64,000 nucleotides of DNA. Source: Balanoglossus misakiensis (Eukaryota > Animalia > Hemichordata). Within the stretch, counting starts at the first letter, position 1, and each line of letters begins with the position of its first letter. The DNA is taken from positions 9,167,483 through 9,231,482 of the forward strand of contig CM082582.2 in the NCBI GenBank assembly GCA_040954595.2, given 5' to 3'. A program made the position numbers and the translations under genes. This document shows, in pieces, positions 1 to 19,428 of this stretch. The notes under the pieces were generated by a model. The model searched no databases. It had not been told where the DNA came from and worked only from the letters and a program-made list of their open reading frames with translations.

Positions 1-7169
<7,169 letters not shown>

Positions 7170-10100
7170 TGAAAGCAAACACAGAGGACGGCACGATGCT
7201 CGGGGGGCGTGTCTTTGTTGTTGTTGCCACTCTGTGTACCGGTCGGCAGTGACTGCTGCTCTTGATAACCTGAAAACTGAGTTCGATTTTTTTACATTTT
7301 CTGCGTTTGCGTGCTTTCATTTCTGTCTCTCCAAAAGCCTGGAACTAAAAAAAGTATGGGTGTTGTCAATGATCTTCACGCGTTAAAGTTAGCTGAAAAT
7401 AGCTGAGCCGATGTCATGGACTTTGTCAAGCCGTCCGGTGACTTTCACATACCAAGTCTCACTACTGGATTGCTAGCGTGTCTGCACACATCGTCCTGAA
7501 AACGTTGACCCTCGATGCAGTTTCTGAGTAGCCCATGTGGTTTGCCAAATATTGAGATGGATATGTCAAAAGCCTAAAGTTAGCTAACAAGTGTGATCAG
7601 TATGTGACAAAATAATCTGTTCTTGGGGGAGGGGGTGGCAAAGCTGTGGACTTGTAAATGGTATTTTGCATAAAGTGGGTTTTTTGTTCATCGGTACGTA
7701 TTATTTTGAAATATCGCAGTTTCTTCATATACTGAGTGAGTAATATTTTGAACAGAAACATTTCAAACATTTCTCTCTCAAGAATGCGCGATTTCTTATA
7801 TCGTTTTCACCCTGAACATAAAGCAAAATATCAGTTTATTTTAAGCCAGGGCTATATTAAGATTTATTTTCATAATGGTATAGGTGTATCATACAACATT
7901 ATTTATTCAGTGTTAGTTTTGTAATTGCGACAGTTTGACGAATCACTCGTTTCCCCTGTGAAAGGGTACATTGTGTTTATTTCGCTACCGTTACATTTGC
8001 TGAGGGTGAAATACTGGTGACTGAATTCATTTTTTGGGGTCTCATTTTGTCACCATACACCTCAGTAGTTTTTTTCCATAAAACATAAAAACTTTGAAAG
8101 AAACTTTGAAAAAATTTGAAGAAAAAAGTGGCCAAAATCTGCTGGAACATATTTGCGGGAACATATATACATTGTACACACACATAGGTGCTCCAAAGTG
8201 ATTTGTTCATCCGTTATGGTCGGGATCGTGATATAATGAAGATGAGGTTTTATTTGCTTATGTCAAAGACACACGGCAAGTGATTAATGTGAGAGCTGGT
8301 GATTCTGGATTTTCAGTCATTTGGTGCAGTTGACAAACACAACATGGCCTCCTTGATAAGTTTGTGGTTGAAAACTTGACGATTTCTCAGTGAGATCATT
8401 GCCATTCTACCAGAGACAGGGAAGAGGGAAATCCACTGTCTGTGGTTCTACATGGATTGCTGAGAGAGAGAGACAGTTTTTACTGTGTCGACACTAGAGG
8501 GCGCGTTACCCTTGGATACAGTCCTTCAGAGGGCATGTCATTACTTGCGGCTTTGCTTGGTTCATCAGAAACATTGGATTGTAGTATCTCAAAATCTAAG
8601 AAGGAGAGTATTACCGAATTGTCTCGAATTGTAAAGTTTATTCACTTTCAATGAAATTGATAATCCGTGATGTGCAATGAAAGCGTAGACAACCCACAGC
8701 TTGGACAGCATAAATAACTTGTAGCTACTTACAGTGTGAGGGTGGTTACCCCCTGGAAATAACACACCAACATTTTCCCACCCACCAGTTATGGCTAAGG
8801 TTTTCAGTGTCCGAGTCATCCAGGGGGGTGACAGCCCTAGAACCTTCCTTAACATTCTCACATGTTTTACTTTGGTTAGCTTTTGTAACTGGAAATCTTA
8901 GAAACCGACTGAAATACCCAGATTTTTTGTGCGGATCTGTGTCCAAACCGCTGCTGAACATTGTGAGCAGGAATTGGTATTTTTGTTGAGGACAGAATGA
9001 GTAGAAGGAAATATTTCATAATCAGTTAATTTATTCGTGTTGCTTTGTACATTTTAGCCTGTTATGTGTAGATTGTCAGTGTTATATTTCAACTTAAAAG
9101 AGGGTCTCCTGGTATCATTTTGGTCCGTCACATTTATATTCCTGAAAACGATGGACGTTCCCACTCCCCACTGGGGGCGCTGTTTTCACGCGGACCATTA
9201 ACCCAGCTATTGCTTACTACACTTGCATGGTGGACAATAACTGGATACACAATTTCATATCTCAGAAAAACTGTATGAAACTTAATGAAATTATTAGTCA
9301 GGTCCTTCCGGAAAGTAAAAGTATTTCGTAGAAGACATGAGCCACCGTATTATTTGCTGAAGTTTTCTTTGTCACAGAAGACCATGTTGCCATTATAACA
9401 TTAATTAATTTACTAGAATGATATTAAATATGAAATAGTGTCGATGACTGCATAACTATTTCTCTGTGATAATTTATCTATTTTATGAATTTATACACAC
9501 GAAGTTGATGGAATTGTAAAATGTTTATCAAACAAGTGGAAGCTTTAACAAAGATGGAACATGTACAGTTTTACATATCTTCTGTTAAGATTTTTTGAGA
9601 AAACCTCAGATTGGCGTTGTGTTTGGTATTTTTGTTGCTTCTAGTAGATATTGAGAACTTGTTAAAATGACAACTGGTTGTGTTCATAAAATAATTTTAT
9701 AAAATGTAATAAATGGCTTTGGTGCCCGACTTATTCCGATAGATTTTTTGTTTGTCATTAACTCGATATCGTGACGCAGCGTTATACCTGCTACACCCAC
9801 TTCGGGGCAGTAATAAACTATGATCCAATATGAACCCAAGTGCTGACAGAAAATGGTGGTTCTCGCCTCGTGTGGAAACGACATCGGGATTGCTTATTTG
9901 TGGGAGTGGAAAACATCCAACACTTCTGTACTTCCAAACAGCACGTAGGATAAATATGCTTCACAAAAATAATGTTGATTTAATGTACTTTTGAACATGT
10001 GCCAAACTCTCCAGAACTCTCCTTCGACTGTGAGAGTGCGCCACCAAGAGCTGAAAGCTTTCATCCTCAATAGTAATATGCGAGACAAAGCAAGTCATCT

Positions 10101-10335
10101 TGGGGAAAATAATACATTTATTGAAAACTGAAGGGAGAAACCTCGACGTGCACAAATATGTAAATATATATATACGTGACGTGTGCATATATAACATGTC
10201 GTGAAAAAGTACAACTTAAATAACTTTAAAATTCAATTTGTTCGCACTCAGAAAGACTGTTTGCCAATGAAGTTCCTTTCCAGGTAAAATGTGATCCTTG
10301 ATATAAAATAATATCCATCTGTAGAAATGTGAGCT

Positions 10336-10740
10336 CTATCTCTCTACAAAGTCGTACGCTTGGTTCCCTAGGTTGTACACGTCAGAACACGGCCGGCAAA
10401 AGCAATCCTTGGCTGCGTGAGCGACGACCGCTTTGGACGTCTTGAGATAGGGGCAGCGGAGCACGACGGTGGTGGCGCGCTTGCTGAGCGGCGCGCAACA
10501 GGTGCAGTCCTCGCGGTAGATCAGGCCTTGGTCGTAGTTGCTCCAGAAGGGTTCGCTGCGCGACGGACACGAGCCGCGGCACGCTGTGGTTGGGATGACC
10601 CGCGGGATGCAGCCTGGGTGACTGACGACCATCTGGGCCATGAAACGACGACACTCCGCCGAAGATGACTGTGGGTATATCACCATGACGACAAGCACAA
10701 CCGAGAGAATCCTCTGCGCCGACATTGCGTATTCCCCCAT
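10336..10740 (-). CDS. Secreted cystine-knot hormone, bursicon-alpha/Norrin-like. 134 aa from ATG 10740 (alternative ATG 10725); single coding exon; probable 5'-UTR intron 10797-11610
   Basis: Hydrophobic signal (RILSVVLVVMVIYPQSSSA), then 11 Cys in the pattern C-13-C-9-CxGxC...CxCC...C...CxCxxC. PGCIPRVIP and CFCRPC resemble bursicon-alpha. Minus-strand acceptor tttttttcag at ~10797, donor gtaagt at 11610, polyA AATAAA at ~10117-10122. Confidence 0.85.
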   Translation of the reverse strand: MGEYAMSAQRILSVVLVVMVIYPQSSSAECRRFMAQMVVSHPGCIPRVIPTTACRGSCPSRSEPFWSNYDQGLIYREDCTCCAPLSKRATTVVLRCPYLKTSKAVVAHAAKDCFCRPCSDVYNLGNQAYDFVER

Positions 10741-12239
10741 CTGGGTTTCTCTTCTGTCCAGTAATATCAGCAAGGAATATTTTCTCGGCGAATATCCTGA
10801 AAAAAATAATAAAGGCAAATTGAGCACGCTTGTACTCAGTGAAAAAGTCACACAAATCCAGCTGAGTGCCCGGGGGTAAAATTTTCGTTTTGAAAATTCC
10901 AAAGACGACCATTGGCATTCCCGTTGGACAAATGCACGGACCGCCATTGGGCCCAAGATCAGTAAATTTCTGGTGCAATTGTCCTCCGCCGTTTTAAACA
11001 CCCCAAGGTGCTTGTTCGACTTTTTTTTCACTCTGGTGGTATCAATGTCATTGGAGCGGCATGCGTACTTGTTGAACGCCGTACACGCACTGTAAACTCA
11101 CGCATTCCACACGGACTGTCATAACTACAAGGAGCTGTTATTAAAACGGCAACGGTGAATCTGTCTCTTTCGCGTTGAAGGCGACACGAGCTATATGTGG
11201 CGCGCATGCAGCACTTGAATTAGGCTTATCCACAATTTTCACAGCCACTTCAAACGACCTCCGGTACATTGACGCGAGATGGAAAAGAAGACCCGGACTA
11301 GCTCGAAAGTAACGTTCTGGATACAAGTAAGACCGTGACTTTCCCACCACGGCACCAACACGCAAGACCTAACGAATTTTCTCAATACAGTCAGTGAAAC
11401 TTCCTGGCAGCAACGCGATTACTTGATCCTAACTTGACGCAAAAAAGGAACATGATGATCACGAAAGCTGTAAGATTATTTTTTCTCACTATTTCAGTTC
11501 AATTTTGCGCTTCTGACATCTACAGGCGACGATCAACGCTTAGTAGCGCATACATTTCCGACGATACATTTTACCCGGTTTTCAAGCACTGCTGTAGAAA
11601 AATAACTTACCGTTGCAAAGCAGTGGCGTGCCAAATGTCGCTCCTATACTAGTTTAAGACAGTTCAGTGATGTGACTCAAGAAATGAAAACTGTCAACTT
11701 GGTTGAGTTGCAGTCCTGCTATAAACGATTCCGCGAAGAACCGCCTCCGTTTGGCTGCAGTGACGTACGTGATGCCCTGCGTCTGTGGGCGTGATTGACT
11801 TGGCAACGGAAGAAGCTAGTGCCATGGCAACAAACATGTTCATCACCCACTATTTTCATCCCTCCATCTCTCTCTCTCCCTCCCACCCCTCTCTCTCTCG
11901 CTACCCCATGTATGCAATCATGCATACATACATTTGTAGTTTAATACTTCATATTGTGTTTTTAGAACACTGGTTGGTAGACTAAATGAACAGATCCCAG
12001 CGACGTCACGACCACGGCCAACAACATGCAACGTATGGTTCGAGTCAAGCGCATTAAGTCCTCCCCGACTCCGTCCGCGTGGAACATCCGGAACTAGGAA
12101 TCGACAGCGATAAGCACGTTGCAATGTTTTGGACCAGTATCTGGGCATTTGTTTGTAGGCTTTGAATATTAACTTCTTGTAATCAGCGATTTTCTCACTG
12201 ATTGCTCGAGGGGCGGGCGGAAAGATAAATATAGCGCAA

Positions 12240-13040
12240 GGCTGCATTCACAAACACCTCTGGAGGGGGGGGCGGGAGAATTCAATTTTTTTTACCGCTA
12301 ATTTTCACATGCCCCCCTTCCGAACTGCCAATATTTTCAAATCCCCCCCTTCCGAACTGCCAAAATTTTGAAATCCCCCCCCCCATTGTCTTTCACAGAG
12401 CAAAACACATCACCTATCTATCTTGTAAAAAGAAAAACAGCGCTCCCATGAAAAGAATTTGAAACTGATGTTTCCCCTCATCAGTGGGTATTAAAACTGA
12501 ACATTGTTTTTATTTTTTAAGTACATATATTTGTATTCTGTGTTTGGAGACTTTGTAAACCGAGAATTGAAGGGGGTGGGTTTGGGAGGGGGTGTCCCCC
12601 TCCCACGTAAGAAAATTTTCTAAAATACAGAGCTCAAAGCTGCATTTTAATGAACCCGGCAAAAGCAAATTAACTCAACTACAGGTATGTTGGGGAGGAC
12701 AAATTTAACCGTCGGCACTCAAAGTTATCATGGGGTGGGGCAAGTCCCCTGACCTGGGACACTAGATAAACCAGTCAATGATTGAAAGGTGTTGATGAAT
12801 GGAGGGGGTGGGTGTGGGAGGGGGTGTCCCCCTCCCACATGAGAAAATTTTGTAAAATAAAGGGCGCGAAACTGCAGTTTTGTGGACTCAAAATAAATAT
12901 TTAGTCGTTAAAGTTTTCAAGTCCCCCCCTTTCAGTCCCTAAATTATTTCAAATCCCCCCCCTCACATACCCTCAATTTTTTCAAATCCCCCCCCTCAAT
13001 TCTCCCGCCCCCCCCTCCAGAGGTGTTTGTGAATGCAGCC
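12240..13040. mobile_element. Non-autonomous DNA transposon (MITE), PIF/Harbinger-like, ~800 bp
   Basis: ~43-bp terminal inverted repeats (GGCTGCATTCACAAACACCTCTGGAGGGGGGGGCGGGAGAATT and its reverse complement ending at 13040) flanked by a 3-bp duplication CAA (12237-12239 and 13041-13043). Internal direct repeats; no transposase ORF. Confidence 0.88.
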
Positions 13041-14748
13041 CAAAATAGATAGAAGGCCAGGAAACTCGCTAGATGACACCCGCACTCTCATAAGTTAGAC
13101 CATATCCATGGTCAGATGGTCTTGTTAGGCACGGGAGGGATAGCCACAACATTGAATGACAAACTCGCCTCCTGTAATTACGCATCCTTGTTGTAGGCCT
13201 AAAGGACGCGAGTTCTATTTTTGGTCAATTTTCACATCTTCAGCGTTTGCCAGTCTGCCCTTGGTTGATTGCCACTACAAACCCGAAGGCGGTCAGCAAC
13301 TTGTGATTCACAGCTCGTTGACGATTCTCGCCCTCCGCTGGGAAAATAGCCATCTAATGACGCGATACATTCGGGGCATAACTCGAAATGAAACCACAGC
13401 GACCCATTTGTGTGATTATAGTTATTATTGCATATTAAAAATCATGACGTGTTTTTCTACGAGCATTCTAAATTTAGCCATGTCCTTGTCGTGGCATTTT
13501 TCACCGTGTTTGTACATCGAAAATATTGGGATAGCGTTCGTAAAATGATTAAAGTTACATCTTACAGCCGTCTCTCTCCCCTTTTACATACTAATGGTGT
13601 AAAAATCGCATACCACATACCCTTTGTATGTCTCTCTTGTTCAGCCGTTGTTTCCACGGATCTTTATATTTAATATATCTTTCTACTAACCACGGTCACT
13701 TCACAAACCACGAGCCATTGAGTCGCAAGGTGTTGACGAGCAGTTTCGTTTGGTGCGAAGCGGTACTTTGTTGATATTCAGTTTTGTTTGTGACCTCTTG
13801 TAACATGTGCAAAATATTATTGTGGTTAGATCGAGTGCGCATGTTTGTTCGAGGGCCACAGCGCTCCCCCCTTTTTCAGACGTCCCCGTATAGGCGTAGA
13901 CAGCCGTGTTGTCAAGGAAAACATTTAAATATCCTGACGATGGGCCTGCATGCTGTAGCAAAGATTGACCACGTGTCTTAAATCAACAAAACAAATCTAG
14001 GTTCAAACTTTTTTAGGACAGCGAGCAATTCTATCACGAATTTGCCAATGTCGATAAAATAGTATAATGAATAGTAAAATAAATGTCGAGTATAGGCTGT
14101 TTCACAACAGACAGTGAATATCATATTGAACAAGCCCAGCCTGTTTTACTTTTCAAAGCGATTTTACTACAACCTGAGAAGCGTGTTGAGCTACAACTTG
14201 AACACGACAAGGCCAAGTAGATGGACGAAACACGTCGAAAACAATGTGATGTTTAGCACATGGGTTAATCCATCGTATCTTATCTGCAAGGCATGCCATC
14301 ACTTGTCAAAAATCAGGAGTCGCGCCATGTCACATCATACTGTCTATGGTCACATGTTTTGTCAGCAGTTTCTATTTAAAGACAAACAGAAGTATGTGCC
14401 GATGTGAGGGCCAACCATATTATCATTATCACCGTCGTCGCCATTGTCATTTAAAATGTTAATTTAAAAAGCAACAACGGTGTTTGGTTCACGAGAGTCC
14501 TACCAACGCTAGCGATAGACAACTATCGCGGTGTATTTTAATTGACTACCTGTTGAATGGTCGCCACCGAAGGATGATGTTTAGCCGGAATCATGCTTTC
14601 CGCGAGTGAGTCTTATATCGCTATTTCAGCATCGGCAACAATCACGGCTTTACGCTGAACAGGAGTTCAATTTCAATCACCATGTGACCTGCTATGACGG
14701 TACTGATCCATTTTTTGCAACTCTTCGACCGGTGGCAAGACACGAGTA

Positions 14749-14830
14749 TGTCTGTCTGTCTGTCTGTCTGACTGTCTGCCTGCCTGCCTGTCTGCCTGCC
14801 TGCCTGCCCGTCTATCTATCTGTCTGTCTG
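14749..14830. repeat. Compound (TCTG)n/(CCTG)n microsatellite
   Basis: tgtctgtctgtctgtctgtctgactgtctgcctgcctgcctg... visible directly. Confidence 0.9.
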
Positions 14831-15929
14831 CATGTGGATATAAAACTGGTCGGCAAACATGTTATTTTGTCGCAGTTATTTTATTTAATTGGGCAATATC
14901 GGCCACGGGGACAACGACTGTAAATGCTGAGCTCAGCTAAACAGTTGCCAGTAATTGGTTCGAAATGCGAAACGAGTCGTCAGTTTACGTTATTGTGTAT
15001 ACTAGTACGTAGTGTTAATGAGCATGAAATATCATATTTGTCCTCGAATTTCTTGTATATTCACGACCAGGGTCGATTTCTCGTACATGTAGTTATACAG
15101 CACCTACAGAGTATCGTGTAGGAATTGGCTATCCGAGAGTAATGCACGTTAAAGTTCAGTCGAATGTGGAGTACGTAGCACAAGGATTCATAAAGAAAAA
15201 ACAACAACGGAAAACGGGACAGCAGATAATTGGCGGGAAGCCCCCGAAAGCGACAGGGAAATGAGAGGGAAGCAACAAAGGTGTACCACCATACTGCCTA
15301 CACCCGAACGCTATCAAACTCTTCAGAGAGCCCACTGCATATCACACTAATTATCCAAAATTTCGGCTTTTCTTCAGTTATTCGAGAACATAGCCGACTA
15401 AACCATGGAAACTTGAGGCAGAACTTTTCTGAATGAAGATAGGCACAGTGCACATTTTGTTCGATATGTCGGATAATTTTAAAAGGCATCGGAAATGGCC
15501 ACGTGGACTGATCTGTGCAGCTTTCGGAAACGGACGCAGAAGGGAAGGAAATAAATGGCTAAAACAGGCCGAGTAGATTTTAATAGGGCTTAGGATGCGC
15601 ACATTCGACACAAGAACTAGTACCGTAACAACAATCTTGCAGTTTACAGAAAGTAATATATTTATTTCGTCAGGCGAACAGAATAAGGCAATCTCGTGAA
15701 AATGATACAATCGTTGAAAAACGTGTCCGGTGTTTTAATCTATTCAGATCATTTCTAAGATAGAAGAGTAAATGCTCCCTTATAAGGCAAACAAGAGAGA
15801 TCAGCACTTTCATATTGGAAAGAAATAATAACGGTAGTATATATTGGGAAAATAAATGCTTGAAATGATGCGGGGTTGACGAATCGCCTGTCCTCTTCTT
15901 TCCCAGACTGCAGTGGCACAAATTGTCGG

Positions 15930-16547
15930 TTAAGACCCTGGTCCATATGTGTAACCTGGGTTAGCAAAGGGTGCTGGGAAAAAGAAGAAAGCGACGTGAT
16001 CAGTTAACGAGGTAGTATTGCAAGACGGAGCATGCTGGGTAATAGATATAGCGATAGATAGATAGGTATAGCGTCACTATGTTAAAGTGGAGTTCTGGCC
16101 AATCACAGATTATCACTGGTGGCCTCGCAAAATAAAGTGCGTCACCACGTAGCAGTAAGAATACTCGGACACGCCCTTTTAACCATACATTGGCATACAT
16201 GTACATGTACGTGAATTAGAGGTGAATATATCCCTTTTAAACCACATAAGAAATTTTCAGTCTGGTCTTAATTTGTATCATGATTCTGCATCAACTCAAA
16301 CTGTGTTACTACTTTTAAATGCCGACATATCCATATGTATAACAAAATAATAATAAATACCCCCCCCCCCCCAACAAAAGAGTACGTGCTTAGCCTCACC
16401 GTCACCCCCATCATCCCCGTCATCCGCATGATCAGAAAATGTTTGTGGAGCAGCCATAGCTCTAGCCACTCTGTCGTCTGCCGAGCCAGAAGTGGCCGTG
16501 ACGGTCAGGAAGACCAACAGCCCGAGAACCAAGACGTGTTTCCACAT
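15930..16547 (-). CDS. Small secreted peptide precursor A, 63 aa: MWKHVLVLGLLVFLTVTATSGSADDRVARAMAAPQTFSDHADDGDDGGDAPFANPGYTYGPGS. Coding exons 16547-16400 and 15973-15930
   Basis: Signal peptide. Donor G|gtgagg at 16399 and strong acceptor ctttcttctttttcccag at 15974 (phase 1). The spliced frame ends in TAA and its C-terminus matches paralog B. Probable 5'-UTR intron 16577-16687; polyA AATAAA at 15661-15666 (minus). Confidence 0.8.
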
Positions 16548-19428
16548 TGTCACTGAAACTTGTCGAATCCTGAAATCTGCAAAAGATGAAAATGTTTGTG
16601 AGAACGCACCCAACATAACGATACGTCGTGTAAAGCATGACACACATCGTTCCTCCGTACGTTTGCGTGAGATAGCTGTATACTCACTATGTTGGCAGAT
16701 TTGTCCACTGTCCACTGGTGATTTCCTCTGAGACCACGACCCATTTTAAGCTGAATTTTCTATGACGTGAAAAAAAATTCAAAGCGACGCAAAATAAATG
16801 GATCAATTTGTAATATTACACCAATAATATTTTGCTTCTCTTTCATCACCTATGTAGTTTTCCTGACTCGCCTTAATAGTATTTGCATACCACCTTAAAA
16901 ATCACAAAGGGCTTATTTACTTTTGGCGGATATAGCGCTATATTATTTTCACATCATTCATCCGAAATGAAGAAGAACTTCGCAATGAAATTGATAAACG
17001 CATGCCATACAACAACACACCATTTCCAACTGACGAAAAAAAAGTTTTTATATAACCAACATGTGAGTATCAATTTGTGACTGTTCTTCCCCTCAGGACA
17101 GTTCTAATGAGTGACTGTGTGGTCAGACTCTCGTGGCACTTTGCCGTTTCCATTGGAACTCATTAGTGCACGGAAGATGGGGGGGGGGGGGAGCGATCAA
17201 CCGCAAATTCGGCGGTTTCGTCCGTGGAAACGTCGTTTCTCTCGATCGCACTTCCATACGACCACTCAACGCTAAAAGACAACTTGTGCGTTTGGCCCTC
17301 GAAAGTGACGCCACTCTATGACGACCGTGGTTTGACGAACGCGTCCACGATTACTATAGCAACGCACGCACTAGCGTCCACTTCAGATCACTTCTCTCGA
17401 AAAGGGACCGTTTTCCGCCCCTCTTATCTATATTTCATGAGTTGAAAATACCCTTCGGCGAAACTCAAAAACCCAGTTGAACTGTCGATGTTGCCTACGA
17501 GGCTGACATTGTGTATACTCTTTGCATGCGACCGTATATCTGTAAAGTCGAACTTCGGTTTGTGCCGGATCGACTTTGGGCACGCATGAGTTGTAGGTAG
17601 AAAACATGCTATATAATGTGGACAATTCGATTTTTAAAAGTAGGGCATGAATTCGAATTTGCTAATCCTCGGAAACGACAGTTTTCTAGGCACTTAGCCT
17701 CCCACAAGTATGGCGAGTCAATTAGAAGCTTTTAAACGTGGCAATCGATGTATCTCTGGTCGCTATGTTAACCAGCGATACGCCGTTTGTGCGTTGCCTT
17801 CTAATTTGATTCTGATCCATGAAGACAACCAGATGATCAGTAAGTGGAAAGCGGTCAATTTTCTCCTTTTTTTCTGGTAGCATTTAGCAAACGAACAATG
17901 ATTGCCGGAGAACAGTGGGAGGTTAGAAGTGTGAATCTATTAGATGTGTTCCAGTCGAACGACGGCGACGGTGTTATCACCAAAGGTGATAAAAATGCAT
18001 TATGACAGCATCCGTGATATTAATAGTAGGGCAAGTAACGAGTAGAAAGCAACTCGATAATAACTGACGTCATCGACGTGAGAATCAAAACCACCAATGA
18101 TACATGCAGGTGACAGTGATTTGTCGATTAGAGGACCAGAAATACAATGGACGTACAATTATAAGAAGGTGAATTGGGACTTGAATGTCTTGAAATAAAA
18201 ACTTAGAAGCGAAAAGTATACGCAGAGACAATTATTTTTTACAGCCCCTCTCATGTGCAAACCTTTTGTTGTGGTATGAACCATCTGTCTGATTCATTGT
18301 GATGATATACATTTTGGATGGTTCAGCCAGTACTTTGGTAAAACATCACGTGATATGAAGAAAGACGACACTTTTAATCTAACATAAAGAAATCAGAAAA
18401 AATGCAAAACTCCATCGCAGTACTTGCCAATTAGTAGTTTTTGTTTGGAAAACGAGTAATATATGATAATAAAATGCGATTTTATTTTTTTAATATCAAG
18501 ATGTAAAAGAGGTTCATTAAATACAGCGAGAAATAAAATTCCCTTTAATGATGCCGATTTCAATGGTTTTCATGGAAAATACATAGCTACCCCGTTTTGC
18601 GCACATGGCGATGTGTATTTCTAACATGCCGGACATGTAAGAAGACATTGTTATAGTAAAATCGCTTGTCTATTGGAATAATATTTAATTAGAAGGTTTG
18701 ATATAAACCGCCAATAGAACAACAGAATGGGAAACATGACGTAGACGCTTTAAGTTGTTTTTGATAATTATTGTTCAAAATGATCAAAATGTTATCTCCG
18801 TAGTGTGTGTTTCGTTAAACCAATAGTTGGTTACTGTAATCGTTCGGAGCTATTTTAGCAAATCCTCATTCAATGTCTTTCTATTGATTGAATGATCTGT
18901 GAAAGTGGTTGTTTTTGCAAAGACGTAAGAAATTGCCGCGTTATCAGTTTATGGTCAATAGAAATACATACTCTCTAAACACGCGCTCTAATGCAAAGGG
19001 AGAGATTCGCTTTGATTTTGAAAGACGGGAGTCGCTTTTGCATAATATTTTGCCAAGACAAAACCATGTATTCACCGTTCCGGAGACCGCTTGTAATTTT
19101 ATATTTTGTTAATTCTGAGAGTATCGCACGGGGCGTGTGCAAAAGGACTGGAATTCAAATAAAAAAGGGGCATCGAGAAAGGGGGAGTGATCATTTTTTG
19201 ACCTACCAAATCTGGTGACTAGTTGACAGCCGAAATAAGTAAGTACCATAAAGTATGTCACTGTTGCATGTAGTATGTAGTTATAGTTAATAACTGGCAT
19301 TTCCCAACCACCACTTTAGGGATATGGTAAGGGTCAGTCCAGGGGTGGCCCTCCTATGAACCAATCGAATGTCAACTTCAATCGATTTTTGATTGCGAAA
19401 ATGTCTCCATTTGTTGTGAGGTGGTAAA

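Noticed and set aside
10336-10740. Calling the cystine-knot protein GPA2/GPB5 or a DAN-family member
   Set aside because: Eleven Cys with CxCC and a terminal CxCRPC fit the bursicon/Norrin pattern better.
10741-11031. N-terminal extension of the 231-aa ORF
   Set aside because: Starts at a non-ATG codon and crosses a splice acceptor at ~10797; the signal peptide begins at 10740/10725.
16296-16399. Unspliced tails of the ORFs 16296..16715 and 19429..19686
   Set aside because: They run through poly-G intronic sequence; the spliced versions give homologous C-termini.
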